Below, piece after piece: positions 34,157 through 43,951 of a stretch of 64,000 nucleotides of DNA (positions are counted from its first letter, which is position 1; every line of letters starts with the position of its first letter). The notes under the pieces were generated by a model. The model did not search any database, was not told the DNA's origin, and saw only the letters and a program-made list of their open reading frames with translations. Source of the DNA: Bdellovibrio sp. (GTDB lineage: Bacteria; Bdellovibrionota; Bdellovibrionia; Bdellovibrionales; Bdellovibrionaceae). Location: the NCBI GenBank assembly GCA_046318155.1, contig JBKCUU010000047.1:10433-74432 (forward strand). The letters run 5' to 3'. The position numbers were made by a program, and so were the translations under genes.

Positions 34157-35733
34157 TGACTCAAACAGCTTTGATCGTCAGCGTTCTTCTTCTCTTAGTT
34201 GCAGCCGGCGGCCACGCGCGGACATCGCCAACTCCGGCCGATTCCAATCTCCGAGCGGCTCAACCCCCAGCTCCTGCGCCTGGTCGCCCTGTCTTGATAC
34301 TGACTCCCCGGGACGTCGCTCACCGTATTTTGAACGACAGTGACCGAGCCAAAGAGGTCAATTACAACGCCGACCTCATTCGCCTACCGTACGCTCAGGT
34401 TTTGTCGAAGTATGATTTTTCGGTTTACTTTGAAACCGGCTATCAGCGTTCAAAAGTTGAATCCGTAGGCGGCAACGCCTCGTCAGATATGGATCAGAGC
34501 AATTTGACAACGTTCACCTTGCAAAAATCCTTCAGCACTGGAACGACTGCGCACATTGAGTTTACTCGAAATCAGACTCGTTACGACTTGCTTGCGACGG
34601 CGCCCGTCACTTTTGTTGACCGCTACACGCAAAATATTGCAGGCCTCACGTTGACACAAAACTTGTGGGGCAATTTTTTCGGGATGGCCGATCGCGCCGA
34701 GGTCTCGTCGGCCGAGAAGTATTACATGGCTTCGCGCGTGACTCGCGCCAATGATTTGCAGACGCTTGTTCTTGAAGCCCTCGAAGCCTATTGGACGGCG
34801 TACGTCGCTCAAGAAACATTTCAAGAGTCTTTGAGCTCGCGTGATCGGTACGAAAAGCTGGTGAGTTCAATCCGCCGCAAATCTTCGTTCGGTTACTCAA
34901 GCCCCGGAGAACTGCCGCAAATCCAAGCTGAGTTCGAAATCCGCCAGCAAACGGTCAAGACGGCGTCTGCGAATTATCTGCAAGCGCTTGACTCTTTGGC
35001 CACCTTGCTTCGCATTCCTCCTGGAACCGAAATTCAGTTTCAGTCCAGCGAAGAGTTGCCGCCGCCGCCCAAGCTCGGTCCCGTTGAGATTGATAAACTT
35101 CGCGCTGTTAAGTCCGCCCGCCTTCGAAAAGAGGCCGCGGAGTCATCTTATGACGGCAGCAAATCACGCAACCGTGCGGACCTCTCGCTCGTCGGCAAGG
35201 TCTACACCTCTGGTTTGGACGAAACTGATAGCGGTGCCGACAATGAGTTCTTAGCGGGTACTCGGCCTCGCTCCTACGTCGGCATTCGTTACCAATATAC
35301 GTTTGGCAGCGGTTTGCGTGAAGAAGATATCTTGAACAAAAAGCTGACGAAGGATCTTGAGGCCACCAGATTTGAGCGCATGCGACTTGAAACGAGCGAT
35401 CAGTTGCTCAATCTTGAACGCCAAATTCAGGCCAATTACAACGTCGCCGTCAGTTCGAAAAATCAACGCGTGTTGCGCGAAAAAGCGATCAACGAATTGA
35501 ACCGCACCTACGCGCAAGGGCGCACCGATATCGCGATCTTGATCGAGGCGATGAACAAGTATTTTAATTCTGAAATTGATTTGATCCGCTCGATTGGAAA
35601 TTACCAAATTGCGCTCAACCGCTTTGCGGCTCTTCGCGATGAATTGATCCCAGATCCTTCTGTTCCAAATGCCAACGTACAAACTGGGATGCCGGTTTCC
35701 GAAGAAGCTCCCACGCCTGGAGGCGCACGATGA
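34150..35733 (+). CDS. TolC-family outer membrane efflux protein
   Basis: Two OEP-type repeats (ADLIRLPYAQVLSKYDFSVYFETGYQRSK ... ALEAYWTAYVAQE ... ; second half ... RLETSDQLLNLERQIQANYN). The start is probably the GTG at 34150 or 34156, after AGGAG at 34141. The ORF track gives 34126. Confidence 0.8.
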   Translation: MVVTQTALIVSVLLLLVAAGGHARTSPTPADSNLRAAQPPAPAPGRPVLILTPRDVAHRILNDSDRAKEVNYNADLIRLPYAQVLSKYDFSVYFETGYQRSKVESVGGNASSDMDQSNLTTFTLQKSFSTGTTAHIEFTRNQTRYDLLATAPVTFVDRYTQNIAGLTLTQNLWGNFFGMADRAEVSSAEKYYMASRVTRANDLQTLVLEALEAYWTAYVAQETFQESLSSRDRYEKLVSSIRRKSSFGYSSPGELPQIQAEFEIRQQTVKTASANYLQALDSLATLLRIPPGTEIQFQSSEELPPPPKLGPVEIDKLRAVKSARLRKEAAESSYDGSKSRNRADLSLVGKVYTSGLDETDSGADNEFLAGTRPRSYVGIRYQYTFGSGLREEDILNKKLTKDLEATRFERMRLETSDQLLNLERQIQANYNVAVSSKNQRVLREKAINELNRTYAQGRTDIAILIEAMNKYFNSEIDLIRSIGNYQIALNRFAALRDELIPDPSVPNANVQTGMPVSEEAPTPGGAR

Positions 35734-36641
35734 AAAGATTTGCTCTCTCTCTCATGATGATTTTGTCGCTAATCCTGTCGGCCTGTGCCTTTGATGGTAA
35801 AGATGACACCGATCAACGCGACCTCGAAGACCGCGAAGAACTCTTGCGAACTTTTTCGCAGATTCAAGGGATCTACACGGGAACCATCGAAACTCAGTAC
35901 AAGACCATGCCCGCGAAGCTCACGATCACTTACCGAGAAATCGTCGTCGGTAAAGACTCAGACGGACAGCCAAGGTACCGCCCTGTACTGGTCGCCCGCC
36001 TGAGCCGGCCTGAGCTTTTTGCTCTGGATATCCGCATGGACGGCAAATACATTTCGCGTACGGGTGATCTGACTCTTTCGACGAGTGAAAACGGCGGCGA
36101 ATTTTTGCAAGGCCGAGGCAGCATCTTGGGCGGCAACTACCAAGCAACACTATCAAATGCGAACTTGGGCTATTACGGCCTCTTGCGCGTCGCTTTGCTC
36201 TCGCGTGAAATTCGCACCGAAGAAAACGACGATGCCGAACAGCGTGACCGCATTCGCGATCGCATGAACCGACTGGCTGGCACTTATGCGGCCGTGATTA
36301 GACCTGATGTGACAATTCCAGATGAACCCGAAGACGTGATCCGCTCAGAGCTGCGATTGCTGGTCGAAGAGACCGACACATTTCCGCGCTTGATCGCCTT
36401 CTACAATCACAAATGCGGCGCCTTGGTTCCCATTCGCTCGACAGTGACATTCCGTCCAGAGATGGTGCCACCCGAGATTTCATTCGTGACGGACTCTGGA
36501 ACAAACGGGCTCAAAATCTCATTTGCTGGCACCTTTGTGAACTCGGCGATTGAAGGCCGCTTCCAATTCCCAACCTTCAGCGGCGCCCTTAAAGCCGCCA
36601 AACGCACCGACGGCCGCCCCACCTGCAACAAACCCAAATAG
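35730..36641 (+). CDS. hypothetical lipoprotein
   Basis: ATGA overlap with the TolC-like gene. Lipobox MKRFALSLMMILSLILSAC. Confidence 0.65.
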   Translation: MKRFALSLMMILSLILSACAFDGKDDTDQRDLEDREELLRTFSQIQGIYTGTIETQYKTMPAKLTITYREIVVGKDSDGQPRYRPVLVARLSRPELFALDIRMDGKYISRTGDLTLSTSENGGEFLQGRGSILGGNYQATLSNANLGYYGLLRVALLSREIRTEENDDAEQRDRIRDRMNRLAGTYAAVIRPDVTIPDEPEDVIRSELRLLVEETDTFPRLIAFYNHKCGALVPIRSTVTFRPEMVPPEISFVTDSGTNGLKISFAGTFVNSAIEGRFQFPTFSGALKAAKRTDGRPTCNKPK

Positions 36642-36715
36642 GTGCCTGCTTCCCTTTGCAGAAGTGCTGCGCCACTTTGTGGCGCAGCGCTTCTGCAAAG
36701 GGAAGCAGGCACCTA
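36639..36715. terminator. 77-nt near-perfect hairpin (37-bp stem, 3-nt loop) between convergent genes
   Basis: TAGGTGCCTGCTTCCCTTTGCAGAAGTGCTGCGCCAC-TTT-GTGGCGCAGCGCTTCTGCAAAGGGAAGCAGGCACCTA with one G-U position. The TAG stops of both flanking genes (36639-41 on +, 36713-15 on -) are the outermost stem positions. Confidence 0.8.
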
Positions 36716-38638
36716 GAGGCGGTTGTTGATTAGGTCTTGGACGACGCTGGGGTCGGCGAGAGTGCTGGTGTCGCCTAAGGTGTCGATTTGGTTTTCGGCT
36801 ATTTTGCGCAGGATTCGGCGCATGATTTTTCCAGAGCGGGTCTTTGGCAAAGCGGGTGCCCATTGAAGCAAATCGGGTTTTGCAATCGGCGAAATTGCTT
36901 GAGCCACAAACTGAATCAGTGTTTTGCGCAGCTCTTCAGTGGGCCGGATGCCCGTCTTTAAGGTCACAAACACGTAGATGCCTTGTCCTTTTATATCATG
37001 TGGATATCCCACAACTGCGGCTTCGGCGACTTCGTGATGGGCGACCAGTGCGCTTTCAATTTCGGCGGTGCCCAAGCGGTGTCCCGAGACATTCAAGACG
37101 TCGTCGACCCGGCCCGTGATCCACCAATACCCATCTTTATCACGGCGGCAACCGTCTCCCGAAAAGTAATAGCCGGGGAAAGATGAAAAATAAGTTTCTT
37201 CGAAACGCGCGTGATCCTTATAGACCGTTCGCATCTGGCCTGGCCACGAATCGTCCAAAACCAAAACGCCCTCGCCTGCTCCTTCAATGATGTTGCCTTC
37301 GGGCGTGAGGAGCTTGGGCAAAATGCCTGGCAGCGGCTTCGTCGCCGATCCGGGTTTGAGATCGATGGCGCCAGGAACGGGACTGATCAAAATCCCACCT
37401 GTTTCGGTTTGCCACCACGTATCCACGATCGGACAGCGCTCATCACCAACGATCTTATAATACCAGAGCCAAGCTTCGGGATTGATCGGCTCACCGACGC
37501 TCCCCAAGAGACGCAGTGACTTTCGCGAGGTCTTGCGCACCGGCTCCTCGCCCTCACGCATCAGTGAGCGAATCGCCGTCGGTGCGGTATAGAAAATCGA
37601 AACCTGGTGTTTATCGATGACCTGCCAAAACCTGGAGACGTCCGGATAAGTTGGCAGACCTTCAAAAATCACGCTCGTGGCCGCATTCGCCAGCGGGCCA
37701 TAGACAATGTAACTGTGACCTGTGACCCAGCCCACGTCGGCCGTGCACCAGTAAACGTCTTCAAGTTTGTAATCGAAAACTTTTTTAAATGTCGAGGCGG
37801 CATAAACCAAATCGCCGCCGGTCGTGTGCAACACTCCTTTGGGCTTTCCGGTTGAACCGGAGGTGTACAAAATAAACAAAGGATCTTCGGCGTCCATGAT
37901 TTCGGGTGCGCACGTGGCCCCTACCTTCTCGCGCTCCTCATGCCACCAAAGATCTCGTCCCTCGACAAAATTGACATCGGCCCCCGTCACTCTGACGACC
38001 AGCACGTTTTTAACTAAATCTGTTTTCTCGAGTGCTGCATCGATCGTATTTTTGAGCGCAACTTTGCGGCCTCCGCGGCGACCTTCATCGGCCGTGATGA
38101 CAAAGCTGCTTTCGCAGTCTTTGATCCGGTCCGCAACCGATTCAGCGCTGAAGCCGCCAAAGACAACAGAGTGAACAGCGCCAATGCGCGCGCACGCCAG
38201 CATGGCCATTGCCGTCTCGGGAACCATTGGCATATAGATGGTCACTCGGTCGCCTTTTTTGACGCCAGACTTTTTGAGGACGTTGGCCAAGCGGCAGACT
38301 TCCCCACGCAACTCACCAAAGGTGATTCTTCTTGAAGGGGCCTCGATGCTGTCGCCTTCAAAAATAAAGGCCGTACGATTTTGGTGCAGAGGTAAGTGCC
38401 GGTCGAGACAGTTATAAGAGACATTGAGTTTACCACCCAAATACCACTCAATCGAAACCGGTTTTTTAAAAGACGTTTTTTTGACTTGGGTCCATCTTTC
38501 AAACCAATGAAGCGCTTCACCCTCGGCCGCCCAGAACTTGTCTGAGTTTTGAATCGAACCCTGATAGAGAGCTGGATACTCGACTTTCTTGATATGGGCA
38601 TTTTTTTCGAACTCGGGCTTAACGGGAATCAAGTCCAT
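36713..38638 (-). CDS. acs: acetyl-CoA synthetase (AMP-forming)
   Basis: [44 protein letters not shown] and [12 protein letters not shown]. The start is set at the ATG at 38638, preceded by GGAGGACAG. The ORF track extends to 38671. Confidence 0.95.
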   Translation of the reverse strand: MDLIPVKPEFEKNAHIKKVEYPALYQGSIQNSDKFWAAEGEALHWFERWTQVKKTSFKKPVSIEWYLGGKLNVSYNCLDRHLPLHQNRTAFIFEGDSIEAPSRRITFGELRGEVCRLANVLKKSGVKKGDRVTIYMPMVPETAMAMLACARIGAVHSVVFGGFSAESVADRIKDCESSFVITADEGRRGGRKVALKNTIDAALEKTDLVKNVLVVRVTGADVNFVEGRDLWWHEEREKVGATCAPEIMDAEDPLFILYTSGSTGKPKGVLHTTGGDLVYAASTFKKVFDYKLEDVYWCTADVGWVTGHSYIVYGPLANAATSVIFEGLPTYPDVSRFWQVIDKHQVSIFYTAPTAIRSLMREGEEPVRKTSRKSLRLLGSVGEPINPEAWLWYYKIVGDERCPIVDTWWQTETGGILISPVPGAIDLKPGSATKPLPGILPKLLTPEGNIIEGAGEGVLVLDDSWPGQMRTVYKDHARFEETYFSSFPGYYFSGDGCRRDKDGYWWITGRVDDVLNVSGHRLGTAEIESALVAHHEVAEAAVVGYPHDIKGQGIYVFVTLKTGIRPTEELRKTLIQFVAQAISPIAKPDLLQWAPALPKTRSGKIMRRILRKIAENQIDTLGDTSTLADPSVVQDLINNRL

Positions 38639-38730
38639 CTGTCCTCCAAAAGCGGATGCAGACCCCGACAATCAAGGGGACCTTCACAAGCTTCACCCGA
38701 AGTACAAGCCACCACCGCCAAAAAAGCACC

Positions 38731-38767
38731 AAAAAAAACCCGTCTCGGCAGCCGAGACGGGTTTTTC
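38731..38767. terminator. bidirectional intrinsic terminator downstream of dnaK
   Basis: AAAAAAAA-CCCGTCTCGG-CAG-CCGAGACGGG-TTTTTC. Lies about 50 nt after the dnaK stop. Confidence 0.85.
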
Positions 38768-38818
38768 AAAAATCACTGCATAAGTAAGATAGTTTACAAT
38801 CGATGCCGTCAGACGCTC

Positions 38819-40738
38819 TTAGTTCACGTCTTTGTAGTCCGCGTCGATAACGTCATCATTCTTTTTATCAGCACCGGCCTCGGCTCCACCGGCTTCGCCG
38901 CCTGCGTTGGATTCAGCACCGCCCGCAGCTCCTGCCGATGCTTTCTTGTAAAGCTCAGCCGAGATGCGGTGAGAGATTGCTTGCAAAGCGTCTTGCGCTT
39001 TTTTGAGTTCTTCCCCTGTTGACGCTTTGTTATCGAAGACTTTGCGAGCATCGGCAACCGCGTCGGTCGCCGCTTTCTTGTCGACTTCAGCGAGATCTTT
39101 GTTATCGGCAACCAATTTCTCGGTTTGATAGATCAAGTTATCCAAGCCATTTCGAGCCGCGACAGCCTTTTGTTTTTCTTCATCCTCCGCCTTGTGAGCT
39201 TCGGCATCAGCCACGGCACGCTTGATATCTTCTTCAGACAAACCACTCTGTGCTGTGATCTTGATTTGCTGCTGTTTACCAGAAGACAAATCCTTCGCCG
39301 AAACGTTCAAGATCCCGTTGGCATCAATATCAAAAGTCACTTCAACCTGAGGTACTCCGCGGGGCGCAGGCGGCAAACCCACCAGCTCAAAGCGTCCCAA
39401 AGTTTTGTTGTCTGACGACATCTTACGCTCACCCTGCAAGACATGGATGTCGACTGCAGGTTGATTGTCGGCAGCCGTCGAAAAAACCTGAGATTTTTTT
39501 GAAGGAATGGTCGTGTTGCGTTCGATCAGAACTGTCATGACGCCGCCCATCGTTTCGATACCCAAAGACAAAGGCGTCACGTCCAAGAGCAAAACGTCTT
39601 TCACGTCGCCCGCCAAGACACCACCCTGAATCGCGGCGCCCACGGCAACCACTTCATCAGGATTCACCGTGCGGTTCGGCTCTTTACCGAAAAAGTCTTT
39701 CACGGCTTTTTGAATCGCGGGAACGCGAGTCGATCCGCCGACCAAAACGACTTCATCGATATCCGACGTTTTCCAACCCGAATCGGCCAAGGCTTTTTTG
39801 CAAGGCTCAATTGAACGCTTCACCAAGTCTTCGATCATTTGCTCGAATTTGGCGCGAGAAAGTTTAATCTGTAAGTGCTTAGGACCGCTTTGATCTGCCG
39901 TGATGAACGGCAAATTGATTTCGGTTTCTTGAGCTGTTGAGAGCTCAATTTTTGCTTTCTCAGCCGCTTCTTTCAAACGCTGTAAAGCCATTTTGTCATT
40001 TTTCAAATCAATGGCTTGATCTTTTTTAAACTCAGCGATCAACCACTCAAGGATGCGCGTATCCAAATTGTCACCACCCAAATGCGTATCGCCATTGGTT
40101 GATTTGACTTCGACAACGCCGTCACCCACTTCGAGGATCGACACGTCAAACGTTCCTCCACCGAAATCGTAAATCACGATTTTTTGTTCTTTCTTTTTGT
40201 CCAAGCCGTAAGCCAGCGCTGCCGCCGTTGGCTCATTGATAATACGTTTTACATCAAGACCGGCAATGCGGCCGGCATCTTTTGTTGCCTGGCGCTGCGA
40301 ATCGTTAAAATAAGCAGGAACGGTAATGACCGCTTCAGTTACGGGCTCACCCAGATAGTCTTCGGCTACTTTTTTGAGTTTACCCAAAACAGCGGCCGCG
40401 ATCTCTTCGGGAGAAACGGTTTTGCCGCCCTGAATTTTAAAAGCGGTGTCGTTGCCTTTTTCGATCACGGTATAAGGCACAAGTTTTGTTTCTTCAGCGG
40501 TCTCGGAGTAACGACGGCCAATGAAACGTTTGGCCGAGTAAATTGTATTTTCGGGGTTGGTCACCGCTTGGCGTTTTGCGATTTGACCGACCAGACGCTC
40601 GCCGTCTTTTGTAAACGCCACCACCGAAGGTGTTGTGCGCGCGCCTTCTTCGTTGACCAAAACTTTGGGCTCGCCGCCCTCCATAATGGCAACACAAGAG
40701 TTCGTCGTCCCTAAGTCGATTCCGATAATTTTTCCCAT
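38819..40738 (-). CDS. dnaK: molecular chaperone DnaK (Hsp70)
   Basis: [28 protein letters not shown] and [13 protein letters not shown]. The ATG at 40738 has AGGAA 6 nt upstream. The ORF-track start is 40744. Confidence 0.97.
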   Translation of the reverse strand: MGKIIGIDLGTTNSCVAIMEGGEPKVLVNEEGARTTPSVVAFTKDGERLVGQIAKRQAVTNPENTIYSAKRFIGRRYSETAEETKLVPYTVIEKGNDTAFKIQGGKTVSPEEIAAAVLGKLKKVAEDYLGEPVTEAVITVPAYFNDSQRQATKDAGRIAGLDVKRIINEPTAAALAYGLDKKKEQKIVIYDFGGGTFDVSILEVGDGVVEVKSTNGDTHLGGDNLDTRILEWLIAEFKKDQAIDLKNDKMALQRLKEAAEKAKIELSTAQETEINLPFITADQSGPKHLQIKLSRAKFEQMIEDLVKRSIEPCKKALADSGWKTSDIDEVVLVGGSTRVPAIQKAVKDFFGKEPNRTVNPDEVVAVGAAIQGGVLAGDVKDVLLLDVTPLSLGIETMGGVMTVLIERNTTIPSKKSQVFSTAADNQPAVDIHVLQGERKMSSDNKTLGRFELVGLPPAPRGVPQVEVTFDIDANGILNVSAKDLSSGKQQQIKITAQSGLSEEDIKRAVADAEAHKAEDEEKQKAVAARNGLDNLIYQTEKLVADNKDLAEVDKKAATDAVADARKVFDNKASTGEELKKAQDALQAISHRISAELYKKASAGAAGGAESNAGGEAGGAEAGADKKNDDVIDADYKDVN

Positions 40739-40826
40739 GGTCATTTCCTTTCAAATCTGTTTCAAAAATCGAGTCTTCTTAACAAGTTTAATGTGGGGGC
40801 GCTGAGCCTCCCGTCAAGGTCAGGGC

Positions 40827-41954
40827 CTACTTTTTTCGTCCCCAGAAGCCTGGTTTCGCGGATTTAGCGTCCAGCGGAATCCCGCGGTGAGACGCGATTT
40901 CTCTCAGAAGCTTCTCTTCGTCTTTCTCGATTTTTTTGGGGAACTCGACATCGAGATGATAGTAAATGTCGCCGCGCCGGCTGCCGCGCAGCGAAGGCAA
41001 ACCTTCGCCCACGAGCTTCACCGTGTCTCCCATTTGCAAGCCTTTAGGAATCTGAAGATTCTTGCTCCCCGTCACCGTCTCAACAACGATCTCTGCGCCG
41101 AGGAGGAGCTGCAAATAATCGACTTTTAATGACGACAAAAGATGATCGCCCTGACGTTGAAAGCGCTCGTCTTGCTCAACTTGAACTTCGACGTACAAAT
41201 CACCATTCGGGCCGCCGCGGTAACCACCTTCACCCTCATTTGAGACGCGAAGACGTGTCCCAGTATCAACACCAGGAGGAATCGAGACGCGAATGCGGCG
41301 GTTCTTTTTTTGCCGTCCTCGGCCTTTGCAATCCGTGCAGGGGCTCTTGATCATGACGCCTTCACCTTGGCAAGTGGGGCACGTTGTTGCCATCGAGAAA
41401 AAGCCCTGCTGACGCACGACTTGGCCGCGGCCACTGCAAGTCGTGCAGGTTTGCGGAACCGTGCCCTTTTCGGCGCCCGATCCGTTGCAGGTATTGCAGT
41501 TTTCATCGACGTCAAATTTGATTTCACGGTCGATGCCTTCGATGACTTCTTTGAATGACACTTCAGTCACATAACGTAGATCAGCCCCTCGGCGAGGCGA
41601 GGTGCGGTTTTGTTTTTGCGAACGACCACCACCGGATTGTGCGCCGCCAAAGAAGTCGCCAAAAATATCAGAGAACGAAGAGAAAATATCGTCGACGTCC
41701 TGAAAGCCCGCACCATTTCCACCGCCTTGAAAAGCTTTGTGGCCAAATCTGTCGTAGCGGGCACGTTTATCGGCATCCGATAAAACCTCATAGGCGCTCG
41801 CGGCTTCTTTAAACTTCTCTTCGGCGTCTTGATCACCCGGATTCTTATCAGGATGAAGCTTCATCGCGAGCTTGCGATAGGCCTTCTTAATGGTATCCGC
41901 ATCGGCATCCCGGCTGACGCCCAGAACCTCGTAAAAATCGCGCATTTGACTCAT
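40827..41954 (-). CDS. dnaJ: molecular chaperone DnaJ
   Basis: J domain [36 protein letters not shown], a G/F region, and four CxxCxGxG zinc repeats ([32 protein letters not shown]). Confidence 0.96.
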   Translation of the reverse strand: MSQMRDFYEVLGVSRDADADTIKKAYRKLAMKLHPDKNPGDQDAEEKFKEAASAYEVLSDADKRARYDRFGHKAFQGGGNGAGFQDVDDIFSSFSDIFGDFFGGAQSGGGRSQKQNRTSPRRGADLRYVTEVSFKEVIEGIDREIKFDVDENCNTCNGSGAEKGTVPQTCTTCSGRGQVVRQQGFFSMATTCPTCQGEGVMIKSPCTDCKGRGRQKKNRRIRVSIPPGVDTGTRLRVSNEGEGGYRGGPNGDLYVEVQVEQDERFQRQGDHLLSSLKVDYLQLLLGAEIVVETVTGSKNLQIPKGLQMGDTVKLVGEGLPSLRGSRRGDIYYHLDVEFPKKIEKDEEKLLREIASHRGIPLDAKSAKPGFWGRKK

Positions 41955-41960
41955 GCACGC

Positions 41961-41990
41961 AATGTGAGGAATGAGGCCGTTTCTGTCAAG
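41961..41990 (-). promoter_or_regulatory. sigma-32-like promoter candidate for dnaJ-dnaK
   Basis: The minus strand reads CTTGACA-N14-CCTCACATT (compare the consensus CTTGAAA-N13-15-CCCCATNT). It also reads as TTGACA-N17-CACATT. The -10 ends only 7 nt before the first ATG, so either the transcript is leaderless or the call is wrong. Confidence 0.35.
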
Positions 41991-42019
41991 CTCCCAAGAC
42001 CCGGAAATTGGGGCCTCAT

Positions 42020-42727
42020 TCAGTCGGAAGAGGGGACTGTACTCTGAATTTTTTGACGCAAACGATCCTGCACCTTTTCGTCCAAGCCAAGAGCCCGCAT
42101 TTCACTCAAGACGCGCTCGGCCAACTCGCGTTTTCCCGCGTCAGTGTAGAGCCTTCCCGAGAGAATGTAAACCCAGTCCGGCGCCCCGCGCTCTGCTGCT
42201 TTTTTCATCAGATTAGCGGCTTTGAGCGTGTCCTGTTCTTCATACAGCGCGTGGTAAGCAGCTTTGTAAGCAAGCACCCAATCCTGGGGAAACGCGCGCG
42301 TGCCCTTGTCAAAAATTTGCGAAGCGCCGGGGACATCTGAGACGATCACCGATAAGGCCGCGCCTCCGGCCGAATAGGCCATGCGAAACTCCGGGTCGAG
42401 TTGCGTGGTGAGATCCAAAGTCTGGAACAACCACCCACGGCCTTGGCAAAGATTTTTGCCCAGCGCCTTTTCACAGTAATCAAAATCCTGCAGGGTTCGA
42501 ATCCAAAGCAGATCAGCCATTGGCAAACGAAACCCAAAATGAAAGTGCTCAAGTGCTAGCGGCGGCGCCACGAGTTCGCGGCCGCGGGCTTTTTGTTCTA
42601 GCTGCGCGCGGTGGCCGCTGGCCCAGAAGCCCAAGCCGAGCGCCAACCCCAAAAACAAAAGCCCCACCGTTAAGGCGGGGCTTTTGCTGACGTTCAAACT
42701 TTGAACTTTCGAATCAGAGAGTGCCAT
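42020..42727 (-). CDS. membrane-anchored TPR-like hypothetical protein
   Basis: N-terminal [21 protein letters not shown] followed by helical-repeat-like sequence. Overlaps the pilA stop region by 14 nt. Confidence 0.6.
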   Translation of the reverse strand: MALSDSKVQSLNVSKSPALTVGLLFLGLALGLGFWASGHRAQLEQKARGRELVAPPLALEHFHFGFRLPMADLLWIRTLQDFDYCEKALGKNLCQGRGWLFQTLDLTTQLDPEFRMAYSAGGAALSVIVSDVPGASQIFDKGTRAFPQDWVLAYKAAYHALYEEQDTLKAANLMKKAAERGAPDWVYILSGRLYTDAGKRELAERVLSEMRALGLDEKVQDRLRQKIQSTVPSSD

Positions 42728-43304
42728 CGCTGTTATTCGCTAAGCCTTTATCTTGGTTGATAATCCAAGAATCCTCCAGCGCACCAGACACGAGCTGAGC
42801 ACGAGCCCCGGCCGCAAAAGTACTGAAGTCCGTCGCAACACAGGCTGTACCTAAAGTCGCCGTCCGAGGCGTGTTCACGGGGCAGGTGCCGGCTGCGATA
42901 TCAGTCGGAGCCGCGTTGTTTGCACCATTCAAAGTCGTGCATCGGCCACCCGTACAGACGGCTTTTGTGCTCGAAGGGGTCGTGCACGCAGCCGCCCCTT
43001 TTAAGGTTGTGAAGTTTGTAGGACATGCGCCCGTACCGCTGACCCAGCCGATGTTGTACCGAAGGTTTCCCTCGGGAACAAAACCAAGCGCATCGAAAGA
43101 GGAGCTGTAGCCTTGAAACTCAACAAAGAAATTTTTATTGAAAGTATACAGAGACGATAGATTCACTTGCGCTTCTGATTGCCGCGCTTTCGCGATAAAC
43201 TTATTGACACGGGGGATGGCGATCGTCGCCAAAATTCCGATGATCGCAACGACCACCATTAATTCGACAAGCGAGAATCCGCGTTGGTTGGATTTATTCA
43301 TCAT
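42714..43304 (-). CDS. pilA: type IVa pilin
   Basis: MMNKSNQRG|FSLVELMVVVAIIGILATIAIP class III signal peptide with Gly-1/Phe+1/Glu+5. GGAGG lies 8 nt upstream of the ATG at 43304. A Cys-rich C-terminal region follows. Confidence 0.9.
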   Translation of the reverse strand: MMNKSNQRGFSLVELMVVVAIIGILATIAIPRVNKFIAKARQSEAQVNLSSLYTFNKNFFVEFQGYSSSFDALGFVPEGNLRYNIGWVSGTGACPTNFTTLKGAAACTTPSSTKAVCTGGRCTTLNGANNAAPTDIAAGTCPVNTPRTATLGTACVATDFSTFAAGARAQLVSGALEDSWIINQDKGLANNSDGTL

Positions 43305-43319
43305 GAGTAGTCCTCCTAG

Positions 43320-43340
43320 TTGGCACCCATAGTTTGCCAA
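43320..43340. promoter_or_regulatory. palindrome TTGGCA-N9-TGCCAA in the pilA leader
   Basis: TTGGCACCCATAGTTTGCCAA lies immediately upstream of the pilA RBS. It is a candidate operator with no known cognate factor. Confidence 0.3.
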
Positions 43341-43441
43341 AGACTTGTCAAGACTCCAAGGCTTCTTTTGCAGAGGCCTTGGGGCAACGGAGGCGGTCCC
43401 ATTTTGGAGCGTCGTTCCCCCAGGCGGTCAACCGCACCCAT

Positions 43442-43469
43442 CTTGACTTCCCACAAAGACTCCCCAAAC
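43442..43469 (+). promoter_or_regulatory. sigma-32-like promoter candidate for clpS-clpA
   Basis: CTTGACT-N13-CCCCAAAC, about 80 nt upstream of the clpS ATG. Confidence 0.4.
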
Positions 43470-43550
43470 TTAAGCTAACGATGGGTCGTTCCCTCGGCGC
43501 TCGACCTTGGTCCCAAGCATTTGCGTGAACCTAAGAAGAGAACATAAACT

Positions 43551-43931
43551 ATGAAGATGAAGACTCTCAAATCCGAGAAACGCCTCATTCCAATTCCAAA
43601 AGCCAACAGTGACTCGGGCAATCAAAACGATTCAGGGGAAGACCGTCAGGGCGTCGTCGAATTGGATCACCGGGTCGACCATCCCAAGATGTACCGCGTG
43701 ATGCTACTCAATGATGATTTTACACCGATGGATTTTGTTGTTTTGGTTTTGCGCCGCTTTTTTGGCAAGAACGAAGATGAGGCCACCGCCGTGATGCTCG
43801 ACGTGCACAAAAAGGGCGCGGGCACCGCCGGCGTTTACACGCTAGAAATGGCCGAAATGAAAGTCATGCAAGTCAATCAGTTTGGCCGCATGAATCAGCA
43901 CCCCCTCAAAAGTGTTCTCGAGCCCGAGTGA
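43551..43931 (+). CDS. clpS: ATP-dependent Clp protease adaptor ClpS
   Basis: YRVMLLNDDFTPMDFVVLVLRRFF...DEATAVMLDVHKKGAGTAGVYTLEMAE is the ClpS core. It has a long flexible N-terminus. Confidence 0.92.
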   Translation: MKMKTLKSEKRLIPIPKANSDSGNQNDSGEDRQGVVELDHRVDHPKMYRVMLLNDDFTPMDFVVLVLRRFFGKNEDEATAVMLDVHKKGAGTAGVYTLEMAEMKVMQVNQFGRMNQHPLKSVLEPE

Positions 43932-43951
43932 TCTCACCCTAAGGAGGATCG

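Noticed and set aside
38819-41954. Gene order dnaJ then dnaK, with no grpE adjacent, as a possible anomaly.
   Set aside because: Chaperone gene order varies widely among bacteria, and both genes look intact. This is not evidence of anything unusual.
42494-42504. GGTTCGAATCC, the canonical tRNA T-loop sequence.
   Set aside because: It lies inside the TPR-like CDS. The flanking bases (CCTGCAGGG...CCAAAGC) cannot form a T-stem, and no acceptor or anticodon arms are present.
43320-43340. Sigma-54 -24/-12-like element (TGGCAC...TTGC) near pilA.
   Set aside because: The GG-to-GC spacing is 14 nt on both strands instead of the canonical 12. It is kept only as a palindrome.
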